Source: Mycobacteriaceae bacterium
Lineage (GTDB): Bacteria; Actinomycetota; Actinomycetes; Mycobacteriales; Mycobacteriaceae
Assembly: GCA_019751635.1 (NCBI GenBank)
Contig: JAIENC010000217.1
Coordinates: 1 to 32,000, forward strand
Direction: 5' to 3'
DNA length: 32,000 nucleotides
The translations under genes and the position numbers were made by a program. The notes beneath the pieces are model-generated. The model did no database searches, was not told the origin of the DNA, and worked only from the letters and a program-made list of their open reading frames with translations. Position 1 is the stretch's first letter. Each line of letters starts with the position of its first letter. Positions 1 through 7,470 of this stretch are shown here, one piece after another.

Positions 1-2
1 CC

Positions 3-1109
3 GTGGTGCCCCGCACATTGTGGGCCGCGGTCGAAGCCAGGTCGTATGCCCTGACCGCAGCGCTGGCGGTGTGGCTCACGGTGGTGTGTGTGCTTGCGGC
101 GTTGCGCGGTGGCGCGGCGCTGTGGTCCCTTTATGCGTTTGTGCTTGCGCTGGCGGTGGTCTCCTTCGTCTACCTTGGGCTGTTGGTGTTTGCCCACGTG
201 CTGACGTTGGCGGTGATCGGGCCGCGACGCCGGCTCGCCCCCTTGGGTGCTGCGGTCACGGCAGGCTTAGTCCTGGCGTTACCACTGCTCACGGTGGCGG
301 CGAGCCAACGGCATCAAATTTCCTGGATTGACATCACCGGCGGCAGCGGCACGGCTGTCGCGCTCTGGGACCAGTGGTTCACCCATTCTCGGCTGTTCCT
401 CTGCGTCGGCAGCGTTTTGTTGGCGTGGGGAACCGTAGTTCTGCTACGGCAGCGGGCTCGTGGCAGCGCCGCTGCTCTTGCGGTAGCTCTGCCCTGGGTT
501 GTGGTACCGACAATCCTGCTGATCGGGTACTCGGCATTTTTCAGCAACATCTATCAGCCGCGTTACCTGACTTACACCACGCCGGGGCTGGGGTTGTTAT
601 TCGGAGTCTGTGTGGTGGCTATTGCGCGGCACCGGACCCGGTATGTGGTTTTGTTGGTAGCGATTTTGGTGCTCAGCTGCAGCACGGCTTTTGTGACCCA
701 GCGCAGTCGATATGGCAAGCCGGGCGGCGCTGATTATTCCGTCGTCGCCGATATGATCGCGACCTACGCGCGCCCGCATGATTGTGTGATATTCGGGTCG
801 GCCCCCCGGGAACCTCTGCGGGCAATAGCCGCCGCGCGGCCTGCTGCGTTCGCTTTGCTTGACGATGTGGCAGTGGGTGTTTCGGGACCGGAGGCGGCCC
901 AGCTGTGGTCACAAGATCTGCCACTTGATAGCGACGCCGTGCGGTCGCGATTGGCCAGCTGCGCGGTGTTATGGGCCATCGTCGATCGGCAACCAGATCC
1001 GCCGCTGGTAAGGGCTGCTCAGCAATACCAGTTCAGCGTGGATCGGCGTTGGATTTTGCCCCGAACAATGGTGGTGCGTCTCACGGCCCAGGGAAAAATG
1101 GCCAGCTAA
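3..1109 (+). CDS. Polytopic integral membrane protein, C-terminal part (5' end lies outside the window); possibly a GT-C/PMT_2-like glycosyltransferase
   Basis: The ORF is open to the left edge. It has at least 7 hydrophobic helices (YALTAALAVWLTVVCVLAAL, LFLCVGSVLLAWGTVVLL, YVVLLVAILVLSCSTAFV and others) followed by a soluble tail of about 130 aa. The family assignment is pattern-level only. Confidence 0.55.
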   Translation: MVPRTLWAAVEARSYALTAALAVWLTVVCVLAALRGGAALWSLYAFVLALAVVSFVYLGLLVFAHVLTLAVIGPRRRLAPLGAAVTAGLVLALPLLTVAASQRHQISWIDITGGSGTAVALWDQWFTHSRLFLCVGSVLLAWGTVVLLRQRARGSAAALAVALPWVVVPTILLIGYSAFFSNIYQPRYLTYTTPGLGLLFGVCVVAIARHRTRYVVLLVAILVLSCSTAFVTQRSRYGKPGGADYSVVADMIATYARPHDCVIFGSAPREPLRAIAAARPAAFALLDDVAVGVSGPEAAQLWSQDLPLDSDAVRSRLASCAVLWAIVDRQPDPPLVRAAQQYQFSVDRRWILPRTMVVRLTAQGKMAS

Positions 1110-1204
1110 GAGCGCTAAACCGGCACTGCATTGCTGGCGGGACTGCGGGTTAGCCCAGGTTCGGCGCGTATCCTGCGGGCCGGCTTAGAGCGCTACCGAA
1201 ACGG

Positions 1205-1849
1205 TTAGCCGGGGTGCCCAGACCCCTTTGCCTCTAATTCGGCGATCGCGCGGGCAGCGCGTTGTCGTAAGAAGATGGCGGCGCCGATACCGCAGCTCAC
1301 TGCGATGACTAACGCGACCCAGGATAGGCGTCGTAGCCAATGCTCGGCCGCGATTCCGGCGTAATAGACCAATGCGGTGGTGCCGCCAGCCCAACACAGT
1401 GCGCCGGAAACGTTTGCTACCAAAAAGCGCGGGTAATGCATCTTGAGTGCGCCTGCGAGCGGTCCGGCGAATATCCGCAAGAGCGCGATGAACCGCCCGA
1501 AGAACACCGCTCGAACCCCCCAGCGATCAAACAGGCGTTCAGCTAACGCGACATGTCCAGGGCCGAAGTGTCTCGGGAACCGTCGCCCCAGCCGATTAAA
1601 CAGTGGCATGCCGAGCCGATAGCCGACGGTATAGCCCATCGAGTCGCCCAGGACTGCTCCGATCACGGCGGCAATGCCGACGCCAAGCGGGTTTACCGCA
1701 AGTTCGTGACTGGAGGACAACAGTGCTGCGCTGACGAGCATGATTTCACCGGGAAGGGGGATGCCTAAACTCTCCAACCCCACCACGCATCCCACCATCA
1801 AGTAGACCGCAGCGGGGGAGATCGAATGCAACAGGGAGTCCACGGTCAT
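1205..1849 (-). CDS. dedA: DedA family inner-membrane protein (Rv2637-like)
   Basis: Carries the DedA signature LESLGIPLPGEIMLVSAALL, then GRFIALLRIFAGPLAGALKMHYPRFL. I chose the internal ATG at 1849 (MTVDSLLHSISP...), which gives 214 aa. The ORF-track start at 1966 adds a non-conserved 39-aa extension that runs into the divergent neighbour. Confidence 0.85.
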   Translation of the reverse strand: MTVDSLLHSISPAAVYLMVGCVVGLESLGIPLPGEIMLVSAALLSSSHELAVNPLGVGIAAVIGAVLGDSMGYTVGYRLGMPLFNRLGRRFPRHFGPGHVALAERLFDRWGVRAVFFGRFIALLRIFAGPLAGALKMHYPRFLVANVSGALCWAGGTTALVYYAGIAAEHWLRRLSWVALVIAVSCGIGAAIFLRQRAARAIAELEAKGSGHPG

Positions 1850-1953
1850 TGCTCTAGCATGCCTGATCCATCGAATCGTGGGGGTATTCGCCAAGAGCGG
1901 CACCGTCGCCGCCGTCAGCGTTGTAGCGTCCATGTCGCCTAGAAAAATCTTGG

Positions 1954-3639
1954 ATGGATCACCCACCGACGGGTCGTTTTCGAGGAGTGTTCGTGGAGTT
2001 CAATATTGCGCAGGTGTTTGGGGCAGTAGCGGCGGCTAACCCCGACCGGGAGTGCATCATTTTCGGTGACCGGCGATTCACGTTCGCTCAGACCGATGAA
2101 CGTGCTCGCCGCCTTGCTCACGTGCTGCACGGGTGGGGGCTTGGGGCGCATCGAGAACGTTCCGAGTTAGCGCCCCACGAATCGGGGCAGAGCCACCTCG
2201 GGCTCTATCTGGCCAATGGCAACGAGTTCTTGGAGGGCATGCTGGGTGCTTATCGGGCTCGTGTTGCCCCATTCAATGTCAACTATCGCTACGTTGCCGA
2301 TGAACTGAGATACCTGTTGACCAATGCCCGAGCTGAGGCGGTCATGTACCACGCCCGGTTCGCGCCGACGCTGGCCGAAGTGCTCCCGAGCTTGCCGCCG
2401 ATGTCGTTGATTCATGTCGATGACGACTCCGGGAATGCTCCGCTGCCAGGTGCGGTGCGCTACGAGGAGCTACTGGCCTCGGCTTCCCCGGAGCCTCTTG
2501 ATCTGCCGTTGTCGCCAGACGACCTGTACATGCTTTACACCGGTGGCACCACCGGGATGCCTAAAGCCGTGTTGTGGCGTCAACATGACATTTACATGAA
2601 TGCCATGGGCGGACGCTTTTACGGCACTTCGAGCGCGTTGGCGAGCCTTGAGGAGATTGTTGAACGGTCGAGGTTGGGTGGCCCTGGTTCAATGACGGTG
2701 ACCCCGTTGATGCATGGCGCTGCGCAATGGGCGAGCTTCATCAATCTCTGCGCTGGCCGGCCGATTGTGCTGCCGGCGACGACTACGCATTTTGACCCTG
2801 CTGAGGCCTGGGCATTGGTCAGTCGTGAACACGTTGTCACATTATCGATTGTTGGTGATGCATTTGGTCGACCGCTTGTTGACGCCTTGGAGGCCGGCGG
2901 CCCAAGTTTGGTCCGGGATTTATCTGGGCTGATGGTGCTCGTTACCGGTGGTGCCGCGCTTACCGCGCCGGTCAAACAACGTTTTGTTGATTTACTTCCG
3001 CAGCTGACCATTGTCGATGCGGGTGGTGCGTCGGAAACTGGACCGCAGATGGGCGGAGTTTTCAGTCGCACCCAGCCGGTGACTGGGCGTTTCGCCCCGC
3101 ATCCGGGTGCGGTGGTAGTCAGCGAAGACATGACACGCATCATCACGCCCGGCGACACCGAGATTGGCTGGCTGGCTCAACAGGGCTGCATTCCGTTGGG
3201 ATATCTCGATGATGCGGAGAAGACCGCCCGGACTTTTCGTGTTATCGAAGGTATTCGGCACTCTATTCCTGGCGATCGTGCCCGCTGGCATGCCGACAAT
3301 CAGATTGAACTGCTCGGTCGAGACTCGGTAACCATCAACTCCGGGGGAGAGAAAATCTTCGTCGAAGAAGTCGAAGCAGCGATTGCTCGACATCCCGCGG
3401 TGTATGACGTGGTGGTGGTGGGTCGGCCCAGCGCCCGGTGGGGCTCCGAAGTTGTTGCGTTGGTCCAGTTGGTCGCTGGTGCGCACGCTGATGCCCAGGA
3501 CATCGTGGCCGAGGCTGCTCGGCACATTGCCCGCTACAAACTTCCCAAAGATGTGGTGTTTTGCAGTCGCTTGCAACGTGCACCATCGGGTAAAGCCGAC
3601 TATGTATGGGCGAAAAACCAAGTCACAGCGGCGGTCTAA
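1954..3639 (+). CDS. Acyl-CoA synthetase / fatty-acid-AMP ligase family (FadD17/FadD19-like adenylating enzyme)
   Basis: AMP-binding motifs are present: MLYTGGTTGMPKAVLW (A3), SGGEKIF, and the C-terminal PSGKADY (A10 lysine). An alternative start is the GTG at 1993, preceded by GAGGAG at 1982-1987. Confidence 0.85.
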   Translation: MDHPPTGRFRGVFVEFNIAQVFGAVAAANPDRECIIFGDRRFTFAQTDERARRLAHVLHGWGLGAHRERSELAPHESGQSHLGLYLANGNEFLEGMLGAYRARVAPFNVNYRYVADELRYLLTNARAEAVMYHARFAPTLAEVLPSLPPMSLIHVDDDSGNAPLPGAVRYEELLASASPEPLDLPLSPDDLYMLYTGGTTGMPKAVLWRQHDIYMNAMGGRFYGTSSALASLEEIVERSRLGGPGSMTVTPLMHGAAQWASFINLCAGRPIVLPATTTHFDPAEAWALVSREHVVTLSIVGDAFGRPLVDALEAGGPSLVRDLSGLMVLVTGGAALTAPVKQRFVDLLPQLTIVDAGGASETGPQMGGVFSRTQPVTGRFAPHPGAVVVSEDMTRIITPGDTEIGWLAQQGCIPLGYLDDAEKTARTFRVIEGIRHSIPGDRARWHADNQIELLGRDSVTINSGGEKIFVEEVEAAIARHPAVYDVVVVGRPSARWGSEVVALVQLVAGAHADAQDIVAEAARHIARYKLPKDVVFCSRLQRAPSGKADYVWAKNQVTAAV

Positions 3640-3644
3640 GGGGG

Positions 3645-4478
3645 CTAGGTCAGGTGCGGGATCTCTGGCCGCAAAAAGACATCGTTGAGTGTCACAGTGC
3701 GCAGCGCGCGGGCTCGGATGATGTCGACCAGCTGCCCATAGACGTGGGTGACAGGTTGATGGTTGAGATGCCCAATCACGATGTTCTGCGCGGTGAAAAA
3801 CTGGTCCGCCATCTTGACCACATCGTCTTCGGAAAGCACTGACGAATCTCCCAGCGTGCCGCACCACAGTGTGGCCATTCGATAACCGAGGTCGGCGGCG
3901 ACTTCGTCGACCTCGGCATTGTGATTGCCGTACGGCGGTCGAAAGTACGGGGTGGCGTCGACACCGTAGGTGTCCCGCAGGAACCGGTCGTTACGGCTGA
4001 GCTCATCGGCGATGCGGCTTTTGGAGACTTTCGTCAGATCCGGGTGGGACCATGTGTGATTGGCTAGTTGAATCTGTCCGGATTCGACCAGCGGTCGTAG
4101 TAGCGCGGCATTGTCGGTCCAGGAGCGGTAGATACCGTTGACGAAGTAGGTAAGCCGGATCCCGGTGTCCTTGGCGAATTGTGTGTAAAGCCGCACCACG
4201 TCGGTGTCGACACCGTCGTCCACTGTCCATGCCAGCAGATCGCCTTCGCCGGGTAGTTTGCTCAGCACCCCGTCCCCGGGCAGCTCGACCCGCGATTGTG
4301 GGCCTGGCGGCGGCAATAATCCCGGCATAGTCGGGCCGGTCGGGTTCGGTGCTGCCCCGGGTGCGCCATTACTCGCTGACATCGCCTTCGGGGAGCCGGC
4401 GCCGCGCCATGAAATTCCCATCACTGCAGCCGTTGCGGTCAGCGCAATCACGAACCGGCGCCGATCCAATTCACCCAC
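3645..4478 (-). CDS. Tat-exported polysaccharide deacetylase (NodB homology domain, CE4)
   Basis: GTG start at 4478 with GGAG 6 nt upstream. Twin-arginine signal DRRRFVIALTATAAVMGISW. NodB motifs in order: WTVDDG, NHTWSHPDL, FRPPYG, VIGHLNH. Confidence 0.85.
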   Translation of the reverse strand: MGELDRRRFVIALTATAAVMGISWRGAGSPKAMSASNGAPGAAPNPTGPTMPGLLPPPGPQSRVELPGDGVLSKLPGEGDLLAWTVDDGVDTDVVRLYTQFAKDTGIRLTYFVNGIYRSWTDNAALLRPLVESGQIQLANHTWSHPDLTKVSKSRIADELSRNDRFLRDTYGVDATPYFRPPYGNHNAEVDEVAADLGYRMATLWCGTLGDSSVLSEDDVVKMADQFFTAQNIVIGHLNHQPVTHVYGQLVDIIRARALRTVTLNDVFLRPEIPHLT

Positions 4479-4809
4479 GTTTAGCTCCAGACCAGTACGG
4501 ATTGATGGAAAATACCTGCGCCAGGCTAAACCTCATGGCGCGGTAAACCTCGGATATTCGCTGAGTGTCGCACTCAACGAACGTTGTTCCTGTTGAGCGA
4601 CGCCTGGTCGCGATCAGTTCACGTATCCAGTGATCCTGCGATGCTGACCACCGGTAAGAATATTAACCTGCTAAATAATGTAAGGTCTTGCCGCTTTTGT
4701 ACGAGCGGTCTAGACTGCCTGACCGGAGCGTTTTCGGCGGGTTGTAAATAACTTGATAACTCTTGCAATTTCAATATTTCCGATTTAATGATGGGGAATT
4801 AAAGAAACA

Positions 4810-5577
4810 ATGAGCAAAGGTCGCGGCAGGGCAGTGCAACGGTACCTTAACCTTTTGGAGGCATCGCTAACCGGAATTATTTTTCAGGATACGCCTTGCG
4901 ATTTTTGGTCGGGTGGAAAATTCGATCCGAATGCACGTTTATTGGGCAAGGACTGGCCATCATTGTCATTCTCCATGATCGGCGGCGTTCGCATGAGGAA
5001 CTTGCGCCAAGCGTGTGAGACGGTGATTCTTGATGGCATTGAAGGTGATTTTATAGAAACCGGGGTTTGGCGGGGTGGCGCGTGCATTATGATGAAAGGA
5101 ATTATCGAAGCTTACGGTGAAGATGCGCGCCGTGTTTTTGTGGCCGATAGTTTCGCGGGACTGCCGCCGCCGGACCCGGATAATTTTCCCGCCGATGCTG
5201 GCGATCAACATCATTCGCATGCTCAACTTCAAGTTTCCCGGGTCGATGTTGAAAACAATTTCCGGCGTTTCAGTTTGTTGGATGAAAGAGTAATTTTTCT
5301 TGAGGGCTGGTTCAAAGACACGTTGCCGTATGCTCCGATTGACAAGTTGGCGGTATTGCGCCTTGACGGTGATATGTACGAATCGACCATCGAAGCGATC
5401 GAAGCTCTCTATCATAAAGTTTCATACGGCGGATTTGTGATCGTCGATGACTATTTCTTGCCGCCGTGCGCGCAAGCCATTCACGATTTTCGTGAACGCC
5501 ACGAAATCACTTCGCCCATACTGCCGATTGATGGTTATGGCGTGTATTGGCGGGTGGATCATAAGCCCATACAGTGA
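4810..5577 (+). CDS. TylF/MycF-family (macrocin-type) SAM-dependent O-methyltransferase
   Basis: Family-typical blocks are present: GDFIETGVWRGGACIMMKG, VFVADSFAGLPPP, LEGWFKDTLP, LAVLRLDGDMYESTIEAIEALYHKVSYGGFVIVDDY and IDGYGVYWR. The gene and its 5' spacer are markedly AT-richer than the flanks. Confidence 0.85.
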   Translation: MSKGRGRAVQRYLNLLEASLTGIIFQDTPCDFWSGGKFDPNARLLGKDWPSLSFSMIGGVRMRNLRQACETVILDGIEGDFIETGVWRGGACIMMKGIIEAYGEDARRVFVADSFAGLPPPDPDNFPADAGDQHHSHAQLQVSRVDVENNFRRFSLLDERVIFLEGWFKDTLPYAPIDKLAVLRLDGDMYESTIEAIEALYHKVSYGGFVIVDDYFLPPCAQAIHDFRERHEITSPILPIDGYGVYWRVDHKPIQ

Positions 5578-5597
5578 TCGGCCACACCCGGCCGATC
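5576..5597 (+). terminator. GC-rich hairpin overlapping the methyltransferase stop codon (candidate terminator or attenuator, no U-tract)
   Basis: GATCGGCC-ACACCC-GGCCGATC forms a perfect 8-bp stem with a 6-nt loop. The next start codon is only about 26-32 nt downstream. Confidence 0.35.
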
Positions 5598-5622
5598 TGA
5601 CGGCTCGGCGAACTGTGGGGGT

Positions 5623-6615
5623 GTGGTCGTGAGCGACGCTAGTCTCGAGGAGTTGGCGGCGCTGGAGGTGTTCGCTGATATCCCGGCTGAAGACCTCATG
5701 GCATTGGCTGCCGACCTCATGCCGCTGTATGCGGCTGCCGGTGAGGTGCTGATGCGTCAGGGGGATCGTGCCGAGTCGTTTATCGTCGTCACCTGCGGTC
5801 GAGTGGCAATCAGACATGTCGACGATGATGGCCAGATTGCGGTCACAGAGCTGTCGCCGGGGCGGATAATTGGCGAAATCGCCTTGCTACGCAACGCATT
5901 GCGGACAGCGACGGTGATCGCCCAGGATGACGTTCGTGGCTACCTGGGGTACGCCGACGCATTCGAGCGCATGCTGGATATACCGGTGGTGGCTGAGCGG
6001 ATGGTTCGTACCGCTCGCCAACGATTAGCCGCAGATCTTGCCCCGATTCGGCTCCTGGCGGTCAACGGTATCGAGCTGATGTTGCGCCCGGTCCTGCCCG
6101 GCGATGCTGAGCGTTTTCAAAGCAGTGGAGTTTTCTCCCGCGAAACCCTGCATCGGCGCTTTCTGTCGTCGTATGCGCTTACCGAAGCACGGTTGGCTTA
6201 TCTCTTCGAGGTCGACTACGTTGACCATTTTGTTTGGGTGCTCACCAGTGGTGTGGACGGTCCGGTCATTGGTGATGCCAGGTTTGTGCGCGATAAAGAC
6301 GAACCCACTTCCGCCGAGATTGCGATTACCGTTGCCGATGCCTACCAGTGCCGGGGCATCGGAACACTGCTGCTAGCGGCATTAGCAATTGCTGCGCGAA
6401 CCGATGGTATCGAGCGGTTTTATGCATTGGTGCTTTATGCCAATGATGCGGCTCGGGCATTGGGCAGCAAGTTGGCAGTTCGTTGGGGCCAGGAAGAGCC
6501 CGGCGTGGTATCCACCACATTCGAGGTTTCCTCTGTTGATACCTCTTCTTTGGAGGAGCAGCTGCGACGTCAGATCTTGCATGCGGCTCGTCAGGTGATT
6601 CATGCCTTCGACTGA
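5623..6615 (+). CDS. cAMP-regulated protein lysine acetyltransferase (N-terminal cyclic-nucleotide-binding domain fused to a GNAT domain; Rv0998/KATmt type)
   Basis: cNMP-binding signature GRIIGEIALLRNALRTATV. Linker TARQRLAADLAPI and LMLRPVLPGD. GNAT core AEIAITVADAYQCRGIGTLLLAALA. It appears collinear over its full length with my recollection of Rv0998 (about 330 aa). The start is GTG at 5623 or 5629. Confidence 0.9.
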   Translation: MVVSDASLEELAALEVFADIPAEDLMALAADLMPLYAAAGEVLMRQGDRAESFIVVTCGRVAIRHVDDDGQIAVTELSPGRIIGEIALLRNALRTATVIAQDDVRGYLGYADAFERMLDIPVVAERMVRTARQRLAADLAPIRLLAVNGIELMLRPVLPGDAERFQSSGVFSRETLHRRFLSSYALTEARLAYLFEVDYVDHFVWVLTSGVDGPVIGDARFVRDKDEPTSAEIAITVADAYQCRGIGTLLLAALAIAARTDGIERFYALVLYANDAARALGSKLAVRWGQEEPGVVSTTFEVSSVDTSSLEEQLRRQILHAARQVIHAFD

Positions 6616-6645
6616 TCGATGTTGGCCAGCCGCTACTCGTCTTGC

Positions 6646-7452
6646 TTAATGCAGCGATGATTGCTCGACAGGGAAGTCAAAGTAAGTATCGGGATAGGGT
6701 TCGGGCTGGTAGGTGAAATGCCACCACTCGTACTCGTAGTTGACGAACCCTTGAGCGCGTAAAACGTCGGTAAGCAGTTGTCGATTCTTGAGTTGGTCTT
6801 TCTGGATGCGCGGGTCGAGGGTGTGGGCAAGGGTATCGAAGCAATCGAACCCGGTTCCCATATCGATCGAATCGTCGGGGAATCGTGCCGATGCTGGTGC
6901 GGTGCAATCAACAAGTGGCTGGCCCGGCAGGTATCCCTGGACTGGTGCGGCCGGCAGTTTGATCAGCGTGAGATCCATGGTGCTGCCGCGACTATGCCCG
7001 GAGCGCTCAGCGATGTAGCCGTCACGGAAGAGAGTCGACTTGTCGATGTGGGGGTAGAACTCGGTCTTCATCCGTTGATCACTGAGATCTTCGGCCCAAG
7101 CGATGAAAGCATTGACCGCGCGTTGTGGGCGGTAGCAGTCATACACCTTCAAGGCGTAGCCCTGTTGAATCAGCTGCTGTTGGGCGCGTTGCAGGCCTTG
7201 GGCCGCCGCCCGGGTGAGAATGCACAGTGGCGCCAGGTAGCCGTCGACGGGTTCGCCGGTGAAGTTGTGCGCGGTGAAGTAGCGGATATCCTGGGCGATC
7301 GTGGGGTCGACACTGAGCAGTGTCACAAAATCGTTCGGTGCAACAGATTCTGGCTGCCCTGATGCCGCCGCGGTGGGCAGAAGAACATGAGTGGCGATCA
7401 TGACGGCAACCAATCCGGTTGCAGCACAAGTCTTACCGATGAAGCGGTGCAT
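6646..7452 (-). CDS. Exported M15-family zinc peptidase, VanX/DdpX-type D-Ala-D-Ala dipeptidase fold
   Basis: N-terminal signal peptide MHRFIGKTCAATGLVAVMIATHVLLPTAAAS. VanX-type motifs: YDCYRPQRAV, SGHSRGSTMDLTL (SxHxxGxAxD-like) and EWWHFTY. Confidence 0.8.
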   Translation of the reverse strand: MHRFIGKTCAATGLVAVMIATHVLLPTAAASGQPESVAPNDFVTLLSVDPTIAQDIRYFTAHNFTGEPVDGYLAPLCILTRAAAQGLQRAQQQLIQQGYALKVYDCYRPQRAVNAFIAWAEDLSDQRMKTEFYPHIDKSTLFRDGYIAERSGHSRGSTMDLTLIKLPAAPVQGYLPGQPLVDCTAPASARFPDDSIDMGTGFDCFDTLAHTLDPRIQKDQLKNRQLLTDVLRAQGFVNYEYEWWHFTYQPEPYPDTYFDFPVEQSSLH

Positions 7453-7470
7453 GGCGAAGCTACCTTTGAG

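Noticed and set aside
1850-1966. N-terminal extensions implied by the longest-ORF coordinates: dedA to 1966, the GAP-like gene to 8394, car to 26557, pdxS from 17099, tesB2 from 18033 and thrS from 9112.
   Set aside because: In each case the conserved N-terminus begins at an internal ATG or GTG, and several of these have a good Shine-Dalgarno sequence. The extensions are non-conserved and often overlap neighbouring genes or their promoters.
4572-4597. The hairpin CTCAAC-GAAC-GTT-GTTC-CT-GTTGAG, which contains GAAC..GTTC and was considered as a second LexA SOS box.
   Set aside because: The spacing between GAAC and GTTC is 3 nt, not 4, and the flanking TC/GA bases do not fit the operator. It remains a possible RNA or DNA hairpin in the deacetylase/methyltransferase spacer, but I cannot assign it a function.
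4753-4791. Sigma-70-like hexamers (TTGATA, TTGCAA, TTTAAT, TAATGA) upstream of the methyltransferase, considered as a promoter.
   Set aside because: In such AT-rich DNA these hexamers occur by chance. The spacings I could count (15, 16 and 25 nt) do not give a convincing -35/-10 pair.
4480-5600. A mobile-element interpretation of the low-GC islet (IS element, MITE or integrative element).
   Set aside because: I found no transposase or integrase ORF, no terminal inverted repeats and no flanking direct repeats. Only compositional evidence supports foreign origin, so I report it as a finding rather than as a mobile element.
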